Virus record (IMG/VR): IMGVR_UViG_3300029199_000001
Reading direction: 5' to 3' (one strand)
DNA length: 64,000 bases
DNA from: a virus
Numbering within the stretch: the first letter of the stretch is position 1; every line of letters starts with the position of its first letter. Positions 1 to 8,660 of this stretch are shown piece after piece. A model generated the notes under the pieces. It did not search any database, was not told where the DNA came from, and saw only the letters and a program-made list of their open reading frames with translations. Made by a program: the position numbers and the translations under genes.

Positions 1-203
1 ACACGACGGTACATCTCGACCCGTTTCAACAGTTGCTGGTCTTGGGTGCTCAGGTTGTCCAAGGCCTTAATGTCCCGGACCATGCGCAACGCCGTCTCAA
101 GGTCATTCGTGTTTATGTCCAACGGGTGCTGATCCACCGCGTCACTAAGGAGTTCCTCAATTCGATTCAGCTTTGCGTCAATGTATTCTTTGTGTTCAGA
201 CAT
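1..203 (-). CDS. hypothetical protein, truncated by window edge (MSEHKEYIDAKLNRIEELL...)
   Basis: Read manually: ATG at 203 with GGA upstream; frame stays open to position 1. Confidence 0.7.
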   Translation of the reverse strand, partial: MSEHKEYIDAKLNRIEELLSDAVDQHPLDINTNDLETALRMVRDIKALDNLSTQDQQLLKRVEMYRR

Positions 204-226
204 CACAACGATTCCTAAGTTAGGAC

Positions 227-254
227 AAAAAAGAAGGGACCGGGAGTCCCTTCT
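227..254 (-). terminator. intrinsic terminator
   Basis: AGAAGGGAC/GTCCCTTCT stem with adjacent A-run (U-tract on the minus strand). Confidence 0.75.
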
Positions 255-262
255 ATATTTGG

Positions 263-469
263 CTATGGCTGGTTGGGTTGTTTCAGTCGAGCAATAATGT
301 CACTAAGGCTCTCGGTGGGTTCCTGCTCTGAGAGTTCAACACCGTCCAACCGACTACTGGCCCTAAAGGTGCGGTACTTACCTTTTTCGTACGCTTCAAT
401 TACTTCACGGTCAGTGCCGGTTGGTTTTGATCGGTTGTACGTAGATCCTTCACTGTCCGACATCGTCAC
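263..469 (-). CDS. hypothetical protein (68 aa)
   Basis: GTGA start/stop overlap with the upstream gene; ends just before the terminator. Confidence 0.65.
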   Translation of the reverse strand: MTMSDSEGSTYNRSKPTGTDREVIEAYEKGKYRTFRASSRLDGVELSEQEPTESLSDIIARLKQPNQP

Positions 470-840
470 ACCCGAACCTCGGAGGGCTCATCCACGTGAA
501 TGATGGTAACGACCATGGCCGAGGTTGGATCGGTCGCAGTGGTCTCATTGGTTACTATCCATGTCCGAACCGTGACGTAGTAGTCCTCGGTCCCAAACCC
601 AAACTCACTGGCTGGGATTTGGGTGGTCACGCAATCGACCAACATGTCATTGTCCAGATGCTCTTTCAGTAAGGCCCGGTATTTCTCAGACGTCGGGAAG
701 TAGACGTCGGCGTTGAATACGGCCAAGTACAAGAACTCCGGACACAGTGACTCGGGGACCATAGCGTCAACCGGTTGGATGGTCTCACGGAGGGTCTTGT
801 TCTTAAAGTCGCAGGGATTGGAAACCAGTTCGTAATTCAT
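466..840 (-). CDS. hypothetical protein (124 aa, MNYELVSNP...)
   Basis: ORF 466..990 trimmed to the ATG at 840, preceded by AAAAGGA. Confidence 0.7.
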   Translation of the reverse strand: MNYELVSNPCDFKNKTLRETIQPVDAMVPESLCPEFLYLAVFNADVYFPTSEKYRALLKEHLDNDMLVDCVTTQIPASEFGFGTEDYYVTVRTWIVTNETTATDPTSAMVVTIIHVDEPSEVRV

Positions 841-869
841 TATCAGATTCCTTTTTGGTTTGCGGTTAC

Positions 870-1250
870 TTACGCGGTGCCGATGCGATGGTATTGATCT
901 TCCCACCGTTCCAGGAATTCGAACTTCTCTGGGTACAGGAAGGTCAGTTCCACCGTCAGCTTCAACATCTGTTTCCGGTTCAGTTCCCAAAACGCCCGGT
1001 CGCAGAGCTTGTTCATGAAGTCAGCATCAATGGCGTAGTTCGATGAGCGAAGGTTGTACGCAGACCGCACCAGACTGCGTACCTGAAAGCGACTGAACAG
1101 CGTGTGCATGTAAAAGTCACCGTCACCGCACAGGGCAATCAGCAGCGGCAAGCATCGCGTGCTGTACTGCTCTTTCATCTTATCGACCAGTTCCATGCCG
1201 AACACACCGTTGTCCACCAACTCCAGAAACGTTTCTTCGTATTTAGTCAT
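870..1250 (-). CDS. hypothetical protein (126 aa, MTKYEETF...), probably early
   Basis: ATG at 1250 preceded by GAGG; CTATATCAC motif ~50 nt upstream. Confidence 0.7.
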   Translation of the reverse strand: MTKYEETFLELVDNGVFGMELVDKMKEQYSTRCLPLLIALCGDGDFYMHTLFSRFQVRSLVRSAYNLRSSNYAIDADFMNKLCDRAFWELNRKQMLKLTVELTFLYPEKFEFLERWEDQYHRIGTA

Positions 1251-1301
1251 TATATCCTCGTTATGCAGCCTATCTGCATTGGTTATGGTATTCTCACGAG
1301 G

Positions 1302-1310
1302 GTGATATAG
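1302..1310 (-). promoter_or_regulatory. CTATATCAC putative early (virion RNAP) promoter core
   Basis: Recurrent motif upstream of minus-strand genes; resembles the phiKZ early promoter core TATTAC. Confidence 0.6.
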
Positions 1311-1335
1311 GTCTGACATTTTTTGCATCCGTGGT

Positions 1336-1719
1336 TTATCGGTGGGCAAGAATGGGTGGCGCTTGGAGGATTGCAAACGCAGTACCATCCCCTATTTCTT
1401 GGGTGGGGTTTTCAATGTAGATCATCGGGGCTGGAAGGTACCCCAATCGACTTTCTCCCAGTAGATCAATCAACGCATTGGCTACGTGAAACACGTCCGA
1501 ATCCAAATCGTCTTGGTCGTACAGTGTACAAACCGACAAAGGACCGGTGGTTCCTTTATACTCGTTGAGGGTCTCAATTACGGACGTGATGGTGCGCAGT
1601 GTTTTCCGGGGGCTGAACCCGTCGCGTATGATGGGAACTTCCCGCGAGTATGGCTTGGCTTGTTGATGGGTTTCTCTTAGATTGAGCCTAATGTGAATAA
1701 CGTGGTTGTCATTGGACAT
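1336..1719 (-). CDS. hypothetical protein (127 aa)
   Basis: Fills the gap between terminator and promoter motif; ATG start. Confidence 0.7.
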   Translation of the reverse strand: MSNDNHVIHIRLNLRETHQQAKPYSREVPIIRDGFSPRKTLRTITSVIETLNEYKGTTGPLSVCTLYDQDDLDSDVFHVANALIDLLGESRLGYLPAPMIYIENPTQEIGDGTAFAILQAPPILAHR

Positions 1720-1750
1720 CGTACACTAGCCTACTTACCTGAAATGAAAT

Positions 1751-1784
1751 AAAAAAAAAAAGAGGAGGTTTTGCCTCCTCTTTT
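1751..1784. terminator. intrinsic terminator after thyA (possibly bidirectional)
   Basis: AAAAGAGGAGG/CCTCCTCTTTT stem with a long A-run. Confidence 0.8.
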
Positions 1785-1798
1785 ATACCGCCGTGGTG

Positions 1799-4204
1799 TT
1801 ACACGGCAGCGGGTGGGAATTTGACCACCGGGTGACTTTCATATCCAACGATCTTAATGTCGTCGTACGTAAAGTCGAACAGGTTGTCAATCTCAGGGTT
1901 CAATTCCACCGTCGGGGCCGGAACGTTCAAAGGCTCCCGATCCAACTGTTCGTGGATGCCTTCAAACTGGTTCTTGTAGATGTGACAATCACCACCGGTC
2001 CAAATGAACTCGTCCGTGGCCATCCCAACTGTACGAGCCACCAGGTGAGTCAGAAGCGAGTATTGAACGATATTGAAGGGCACTCCAATCGGGTAGTCCG
2101 CACTGCGCTGATAGAGTTGACACGACAACGCCCGCCGTGGAACCTTGTAATGGTCCAACAGAGCGTGTAACGTCACGGTATCGCACACCGCGTCACCGTC
2201 GTTGGCTTGACTGACCTCGCCCAGCTCACGACGGTACTGGTCCATGGTCTCACGACCCAGATGGGTTACCAACCAACTCTCACGCTCACTGGAGTCCATC
2301 TCACGGGTGTAAAACTGGAACAGGGTATGACAATTGTGATTAACTATGTTACTTACAGTGTACGTGTGTTCCTCCTCAACATCAAGATTATAAACTGTTG
2401 TGTTTGAATCACCGTAGAATATTTTTCTTATTGGTACCCACATGTACTCGTCATCATATTCCACATTGGTGTTATTCTTAGATTTCGATCCACTTCTTGA
2501 TTTTAGGTGGTATGTATTCTTTTGGTTCACCACCCTGCCTTCTATTTCCGTTTTATCTGGACGAACTTGAAACCCAGTACCGACAGCGTGATCTTGTTCA
2601 GCAAACAGACGTTGGAGCCCCAAAATAATATTGGGTGACGTACAACAAATATCGAAACGACCCTCGTCAATCCGATACCCATCTGCCGCTAAGAACCCAT
2701 CGATAAAAGCTTTCTTGGCACCCATTGTCGAAGTCATAACCCAGTCTGGGATAATTTTATTATGAGCACCACTCCCAAAACTTCTAAATACTGAGATCCA
2801 TTTTTCAGAATGAGTCATGTATGTAGATACATTGTCGCCACTACCGGGTTTTCTTGATACTTTTATTGTTTTCCTTAAACGTGGAAGTATTTCATCAACT
2901 TTACTGTGAGGAATGGCAAACGATATTCTATTTTCGTTCACACTTGCCCACCCATTACCGAGAAAGTAACCAAATGTGTAGTAATCTTCGTTTGTACATT
3001 TTACAGTACGATGTATTTGCTTACCACTCGACCCATGATTGATACTGTAGTTAAACTCCAAATCTTTAATTGACTTGGTTTTCGGGATTGCTAAGTAATC
3101 CCCTTCCTTTAGATCTTTAGCGTCCACCCATCCCTTATTTCTAACTAGAAATGGGTGATTTGGAGTACAGGCGATTGGAACACCCACTAGGGCAGGTCTA
3201 ATATAAAGTATTTTGCCTTTATATGGAGTTCTCCATACTTTGTTTATTCTGCGTTCCTGACCGGTCCCGGAGTGAACAACATCACCCTCAGTTAGAGTCT
3301 CTATTTTCTTATAACCGTCGGGTGTGCTAACCAGACTTCCAGGTATAAAACACGGTGGGAGTGCCATCTCTTCGATCTCCGCCGCGTTCCAGGCACTGAC
3401 AATGATCCGTCGAGAATCGGGGTTGGTTTTCAGTTGGTCAATGACCTTCTGAATTTGATCGATCTTCCGGTGGACGATCGCAATTTCCTCACCCAACTCG
3501 GCATCGAAGTACTCATTCAACAGCACAAAGCCGTTGTTTTGGTACCAGTCGTCGGTAACCCAGATATCCATCGGAACCAGTCGAGTGTCTTCCCATTGAC
3601 GCCACTGGTGTTGATAGATCTTGGGGAGTTCCCCAGCCACCAAGAACCGTTCCGGCATGTCGTGGTCTTTCATCCACTTCAAGATTGCATTGACCGCTGG
3701 ATGGTCATCACCGACGTCCTGACCGGCCCACGGGAATTCGCCCTTGATATGGAAGTGGAGAATCTCGGCTTCGCTCAGATGCTCACGCAACATGAAAACG
3801 AACGAGGGTTCCAGTTTTCTACGTCGGATGATGGCGAACCAGTCATCCCAGGTGGCTCGACGGTATTGTGCTGTTTCTGGTTTTACCCAACTGTTCCAAA
3901 TGCTCACGCCGTGGGCGTTGAGGTACTGCACGTTGGTATCGCCTGACAACATCCAGAGCAGTTCGTGAACGATGCCCTTGGTGAACACCTTCTTACTGGT
4001 GAGCAGTGGAAGTTTCTTGTTGCTGATGTCAAAGCGCATTTGACGGCCGAACACCCCTTGCGTACCTACACCGGTGCGGTCCACTTTGGACGTGCTTTGC
4101 TGCTCATCCAAAATGTCTTTAATAACACCGAAATACTGAACGTCGGCGTCGCTTGGCGTAATAGGTAGTATGTACGGAGCGTGCATGTCATCAATCTTTG
4201 GCAT
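1799..4204 (-). CDS. thyA: thymidylate synthase precursor containing an intein
   Basis: DRTGVGT, KKVFTKGIVHELLWMLSG, PDSRRIIVSAWN, MALPP|CH, YQRSAD, GVPFN and GDCHIY motifs. Confidence 0.97.
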   Translation of the reverse strand: MPKIDDMHAPYILPITPSDADVQYFGVIKDILDEQQSTSKVDRTGVGTQGVFGRQMRFDISNKKLPLLTSKKVFTKGIVHELLWMLSGDTNVQYLNAHGVSIWNSWVKPETAQYRRATWDDWFAIIRRRKLEPSFVFMLREHLSEAEILHFHIKGEFPWAGQDVGDDHPAVNAILKWMKDHDMPERFLVAGELPKIYQHQWRQWEDTRLVPMDIWVTDDWYQNNGFVLLNEYFDAELGEEIAIVHRKIDQIQKVIDQLKTNPDSRRIIVSAWNAAEIEEMALPPCFIPGSLVSTPDGYKKIETLTEGDVVHSGTGQERRINKVWRTPYKGKILYIRPALVGVPIACTPNHPFLVRNKGWVDAKDLKEGDYLAIPKTKSIKDLEFNYSINHGSSGKQIHRTVKCTNEDYYTFGYFLGNGWASVNENRISFAIPHSKVDEILPRLRKTIKVSRKPGSGDNVSTYMTHSEKWISVFRSFGSGAHNKIIPDWVMTSTMGAKKAFIDGFLAADGYRIDEGRFDICCTSPNIILGLQRLFAEQDHAVGTGFQVRPDKTEIEGRVVNQKNTYHLKSRSGSKSKNNTNVEYDDEYMWVPIRKIFYGDSNTTVYNLDVEEEHTYTVSNIVNHNCHTLFQFYTREMDSSERESWLVTHLGRETMDQYRRELGEVSQANDGDAVCDTVTLHALLDHYKVPRRALSCQLYQRSADYPIGVPFNIVQYSLLTHLVARTVGMATDEFIWTGGDCHIYKNQFEGIHEQLDREPLNVPAPTVELNPEIDNLFDFTYDDIKIVGYESHPVVKFPPAAV
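2333..3352 (-). mobile_element. 340-aa intein with LAGLIDADG homing endonuclease
   Basis: Begins CFIPGSLV; block B ACTPNHPFL; LAGLIDADG-like GYFLGNGW and DGFLAADG; ends VYNLDVEEEHTYTVSNIVNHN followed by C; visibly AT-rich. Confidence 0.95.
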
Positions 4205-4224
4205 GTCTCGATTCCTATGGTGTG

Positions 4225-4917
4225 TCAGTTGGTTTGTTGTGCGTCGGCGGGAGCCGCCATGGCCAAGACGTCATCGACCGATTGCGTCAGGTCTTGCCCA
4301 ACCGCTTCGTTGTAGCCTTCTTCCTCAGGCAGGAGGTGGTTGGCATCGCAGATGAAAATCTGACGGAACGACTCCGGGGGCGTATCCACGAACTTGGGGT
4401 TGGTGGCCATCAACGCGTAATTGGTCAGAATGAAGTTGGTGTCCAGACACTGAACCATCTTCAACCGCAGTGGCCGTTCATCCACGGTGAACTCGTTGAG
4501 GTCGAAGTGTCCGTTGTTGACCGTCACTACGGCATCGGCCAGAAGTTTCCGCGCCACGGTATTGAGGATAATCCCCAGTGTCTGCGCGGAGGTACGTGCC
4601 CGCAAGATCAATTCGTAGCCGAGTTGCTCGGCCAGTCCAACCGAGTAGGAGAACGACACCGGACCGTCCACACTCTGAATGGAAAACCCGCCATCCTTAA
4701 CCCGCTGACGGTGTTCTTTGGCCAGCTTTTCGGTGTTGAACTGAACGATCATTTTCAGCAAGGCGTTGTACACTTCTTCTTTTGTGTACGAATCGTCCTT
4801 GGCCTGATCCAACAAACCTTCAATTTTAAGTTCGTTGACTTGGTTGTTGGATAATTCTTCCAGTACCGCAATCTGCGGGGCGTTAAAGCCGAGGTCTTCC
4901 AGTTGTTGAATATCCAC
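4225..4917 (-). CDS. hypothetical protein with probable DUF4262-like domain
   Basis: FSYSVGL...YELIL segment resembles DUF4262 (recalled, not searched). Confidence 0.55.
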   Translation of the reverse strand: MDIQQLEDLGFNAPQIAVLEELSNNQVNELKIEGLLDQAKDDSYTKEEVYNALLKMIVQFNTEKLAKEHRQRVKDGGFSIQSVDGPVSFSYSVGLAEQLGYELILRARTSAQTLGIILNTVARKLLADAVVTVNNGHFDLNEFTVDERPLRLKMVQCLDTNFILTNYALMATNPKFVDTPPESFRQIFICDANHLLPEEEGYNEAVGQDLTQSVDDVLAMAAPADAQQTN

Positions 4918-4945
4918 AGTTCGATTCCTTAATGGTCGTTATGAT

Positions 4946-5275
4946 TTAAAGTCCGGCTTGACGCTTGCGGTTTTCCGCCTTGCGTTTCCGTTTTTCTTCA
5001 GCGGCTTGCAGTCGCTGTTGCTGAATGTGTTTCGGGTCTTCCCGTTTCTTTTTCTTCTTCCGGCCTTTCCCGAACGGGGTCATGATGCCGTTGGCTTCCA
5101 AGGCACCCAATACTGCGTTGATTGGTTTCACGTTGTCCTCCTTTACGTTTATGATGTCGGGGCCATCGCCGTAGCGCTCAATCCCCATGGTTCTTAATTT
5201 ATCCACAATGGTGGCGGTCACACCGGGTTTCCAGTGATCAATGACGCCGATCACTCTGGGTTTTTCGTCGTTCAT
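4946..5275 (-). CDS. hypothetical protein with basic C-terminus (109 aa)
   Basis: AAGGGA RBS; promoter motif upstream. Confidence 0.7.
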   Translation of the reverse strand: MNDEKPRVIGVIDHWKPGVTATIVDKLRTMGIERYGDGPDIINVKEDNVKPINAVLGALEANGIMTPFGKGRKKKKKREDPKHIQQQRLQAAEEKRKRKAENRKRQAGL

Positions 5276-5360
5276 GTCGGTCCCTTAACGCAAACCAGAT
5301 AACATCTATACCAATTAAACCCCCATACGTGTTGCCTTTTATTGTTTCAATGTCATCTGG

Positions 5361-5369
5361 GTGATATAG
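5361..5369 (-). promoter_or_regulatory. CTATATCAC putative early promoter core
   Basis: Exact motif copy, intergenic. Confidence 0.6.
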
Positions 5370-5381
5370 ATGTGGGGAAAC

Positions 5382-6104
5382 TTAGAGTCGTGCCAGGGTC
5401 AGTCCTTTCTGGTTCTGGTACTTCCCACCTTTATCAGCGTAAGAAACGTCGCACGGGCGGTCGCCTTCAAAGAACATGAACTGCGCAATGCCCATCCCCG
5501 CATAGACTTTCATCGGCAGGGGCGAGCAGTTGGCGATCTCAATCACCACGTTGCCTTTGAACTCCGGCTCGATCGGGGTGACGTTGACAATGGAGGCCAG
5601 TCGTGCGTACGTGGATTTCCCCACACACACCACCATGACATCGCGGGGAATATCGAACCATTCCATGGTGGTGCCCAGAATGTAGCTGTTGGGTGGGATG
5701 ATGCAGTAATCGCCCACGTGTTCAATGAAACAATCCGGATCGGGGTTCAATGGATCGATCATGGCGTTACGTGCGTTGGTAAAGATCTTGAATTCCCGGC
5801 CCAGACGCACATCGTATCCGTAAGACGACAGCCCGTAGGATACAATTCGTTCCCCATCGACTTCTCGCACTTGCTCCGGGGAGAACGGGGCAATCATCGG
5901 TTTGAACTCTTTGACTTCCGGACAGTCATCGTCCAATTCAACGGCGCAGTATCGACGGGCCAAGTCGTCCAGCTTCTCGGCGGTGTACGTGTGGTCTTTC
6001 CAGGCCAACTCCCGAGTACCGGTACGGTTGGTGATGAAATCCCCCACCATGTGAGTGGGTGGTACGCAAAGCTTGTAGATACTGTGGTCGGAGAGGATGC
6101 TCAT
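5382..6104 (-). CDS. dcd: dCTP deaminase
   Basis: [29 protein letters not shown] and [11 protein letters not shown] motifs. Confidence 0.95.
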   Translation of the reverse strand: MSILSDHSIYKLCVPPTHMVGDFITNRTGTRELAWKDHTYTAEKLDDLARRYCAVELDDDCPEVKEFKPMIAPFSPEQVREVDGERIVSYGLSSYGYDVRLGREFKIFTNARNAMIDPLNPDPDCFIEHVGDYCIIPPNSYILGTTMEWFDIPRDVMVVCVGKSTYARLASIVNVTPIEPEFKGNVVIEIANCSPLPMKVYAGMGIAQFMFFEGDRPCDVSYADKGGKYQNQKGLTLARL

Positions 6105-6176
6105 AGGGCGGTTTCCTTGGTGGTTGACTTATGTTATGACTTTGTTCGTCTACCCATTCATTGAAGAGATAAACGT

Positions 6177-8222
6177 ATGTTTTCTGGCATTCGACGACTG
6201 CTCGGGAATGTCCGAGTCGTCCAAACCGAAAAAGAAATTGTAATCACCGGCCTACCAGCCGATGTTATTCAGCGGGACATCTCCAAAATCTGGAAAACGT
6301 CCCGAATCAACAAACACATGTTCTCAACGGCGTCACGTAACACGTTGTCGTTTCCGTTGTTCTTTGCTCCCGACGTGTACTACATGTTGGATACCATGAC
6401 CACCCACCGGTCGCGATGGACCAACGTGCGTACCATCGCTAAGATCAAAGATCTGTTGATGACTGAAACCTGGCTGCGGGATACCCAACTGGAACCGCAA
6501 CCTCGGGTGGATTTGAAACGACTCAATAACCTGATTTACAAACCGCTGGATTACCAGCAAAAGTTCTTTGAGTCGTACGACCTGTTGAAACAACAATACC
6601 ACCTGATGGGTTATCTGTTGTCAGCGGTAGCCGGGAGTGGTAAGACGTACATCTCGTTGGCTTTGGCCGAATGCTTGAAAGCCGAACGGATTGTGATCGT
6701 CTGTCCCAAGAACGCCATCGACCGTGTCTGGCACGGCGAGATTCAGAAGCTGTTCAAGAAACCACAATCGCACTGGATCTATGCCCACGGCAAACCGTAC
6801 AAGAATGAACGCATAGCTGTGTTCCATTACGAGTCTCTGAACGTGGCCATGGATATGGTGGAGTCTCTTAAATCATCAAACACGGTGGTAATTCTTGATG
6901 AATCGCACAACCTGAATGAGATTCAGTCGTTGCGGACACAGCTGTTCTTGGACATGGTGGAAAAGCTGGATGTCGAGGATACCCTGTGGATGTCGGGTAC
7001 CCCGATTAAGGCTCTGGGCGGTGAGAGTATTCCGTTGCTGAAATCCATTGATCCCTATTTCACCAAGGACGTGCAGGAACGGTTCAAGAAGATCTTTGGT
7101 CGTGACGGTAACCGTGGGGTGGACATCCTCCGCCAGCGCATGGGCGTGATCTCGTACAAGGTGGAGAAACATCAGTTGGGGCTGGACAAACCGGTGATGA
7201 AGAAACACAAGGTGGTCATCCCCAACGGCAAAGACTACACCCTCAAGGCCATCCGTAAAGACATGCAGGCGTTCATCACCGAACGTGTACGGTACTACCA
7301 GGCCCGAAAGAAAGGCGATCTGGAGTTTTACTACCGGTGTATGACACTCCATGAAAAGACGCTGAGAAAAGGGTCCTCCGACAAAGACCTGTTGCAATAC
7401 TTTGCGGACGTGGACGTGGTGATCAAGAACAAGGGTGACGCTCGGTTCTGTAAAGACGAGATCCAACGGACCAACTGGTACGAGAAACACCGGGTGATTC
7501 CGTCACTACCCAAAGAACTGCGCAACGAATTCAAGAACGTCAAGTCCATTGTGAAGTACGTGAACCTGAAGATCCAGGGTGAAGCCTTGGGTCGCGTGTT
7601 GGGTCGCAAACGCATTCAGTGTCATGTGGACATGGTACCCTACATCGACTTCAAAGGGATCTGTAACTCGACCGAGAAGAAGACGGTGGTGTTTACCTCG
7701 TTTGTTGAGGCGTTGGAAGCCTCGAAGAATTTCTTGGACACGGTACAGATGAACCCGGTGGCGGTGTACGGTAAAACCAACAGCGAACTGAACAAAACGA
7801 TTCAGATGTTTGAGAAACAAGAAGACCTCAACCCGCTGATTGCCACCTACCAGTCACTGTCCACAGCGGTACCTCTGGTCATGGCCGACAACATGATCAT
7901 GATCAACGCCCCATTCCGTGCCTACATCCACGAACAGGCGATTTCCCGGATTCACCGTCTGGGTGCCGATACGCAGACTACAGTTTGGGAAGCCAGTCTG
8001 GACACCGGTCAGGAGCCTAACATCTCCACCCGTTCGGGGGACATCCTGGCCTGGTCCCAACAACAGGTGGAGCAGATCATGGGCATCAAGTCCCCGTTCG
8101 AAGTGGAAGAGGGCGATGGTAGGGTAACGGTCGCCAACGAGGACTACGGTCTTGCCAACACGGTCACCGTGACGGACGTTCTGGCAGGATCAAAGGAATC
8201 GCCATCGTACATGGACTGGTAA
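6177..8222 (+). CDS. superfamily 2 (DEAD/SNF2-like) helicase typical of phiKZ-like phages
   Basis: AGSGKT Walker A, LDESH Walker B, MSGTP, QAISRIHRLG motif VI. Confidence 0.9.
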   Translation: MFSGIRRLLGNVRVVQTEKEIVITGLPADVIQRDISKIWKTSRINKHMFSTASRNTLSFPLFFAPDVYYMLDTMTTHRSRWTNVRTIAKIKDLLMTETWLRDTQLEPQPRVDLKRLNNLIYKPLDYQQKFFESYDLLKQQYHLMGYLLSAVAGSGKTYISLALAECLKAERIVIVCPKNAIDRVWHGEIQKLFKKPQSHWIYAHGKPYKNERIAVFHYESLNVAMDMVESLKSSNTVVILDESHNLNEIQSLRTQLFLDMVEKLDVEDTLWMSGTPIKALGGESIPLLKSIDPYFTKDVQERFKKIFGRDGNRGVDILRQRMGVISYKVEKHQLGLDKPVMKKHKVVIPNGKDYTLKAIRKDMQAFITERVRYYQARKKGDLEFYYRCMTLHEKTLRKGSSDKDLLQYFADVDVVIKNKGDARFCKDEIQRTNWYEKHRVIPSLPKELRNEFKNVKSIVKYVNLKIQGEALGRVLGRKRIQCHVDMVPYIDFKGICNSTEKKTVVFTSFVEALEASKNFLDTVQMNPVAVYGKTNSELNKTIQMFEKQEDLNPLIATYQSLSTAVPLVMADNMIMINAPFRAYIHEQAISRIHRLGADTQTTVWEASLDTGQEPNISTRSGDILAWSQQQVEQIMGIKSPFEVEEGDGRVTVANEDYGLANTVTVTDVLAGSKESPSYMDW

Positions 8223-8239
8223 CCACCAACGACATAGCG

Positions 8240-8260
8240 GCCCTGGGTGATCCAGGGCCT
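8240..8260 (+). terminator. hairpin after helicase
   Basis: GGCCCTGG/CCAGGGCC stem followed by TTT. Confidence 0.55.
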
Positions 8261-8276
8261 TTAATAGGAAACAGTC

Positions 8277-8645
8277 ATGGGTACAGAAGCATTAAGAACC
8301 TCGATCCAGCGGTTCACCGCCGCCATCATTGATCGAACCTCACTTGGGTACGGTACCATTGCGGTGCAAGAGACCGCGTCAATCGCGGCCGGTGCTCAGC
8401 GTCAGTATGACCTGGCCGCTTTGTTGGTCAATAACCCCAACGCCTTCGACTACCGTGGGTCGGCCATCATTGTTAAGGTTCTGGATACCGACGCTAATTC
8501 CCCCACGCACAACACGTACGTCGATGCCAGCGCGATTGTCAGTGCGGGTGTCAATGACAGCGGGACCGTCGTTATACACAACCACAGCACGATGAATTTG
8601 TCGTTCTATATCCGGATTGACGTACCGCATAGTCCGAATCAGTAA
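8277..8645 (+). CDS. small putative virion/tail protein (122 aa)
   Basis: AGGA RBS; beta-rich composition; adjacent to the fibre-like gene. Confidence 0.55.
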   Translation: MGTEALRTSIQRFTAAIIDRTSLGYGTIAVQETASIAAGAQRQYDLAALLVNNPNAFDYRGSAIIVKVLDTDANSPTHNTYVDASAIVSAGVNDSGTVVIHNHSTMNLSFYIRIDVPHSPNQ

Positions 8646-8660
8646 CCAGGAGTGTTGAGT

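Noticed and set aside
1799-2330. ThyA-like gene as a possible base-modifying hydroxymethylase
   Set aside because: It keeps the Asn of GVPFN that specifies dUMP and sits with dcd/dut/tmk, consistent with ordinary dTMP synthesis.
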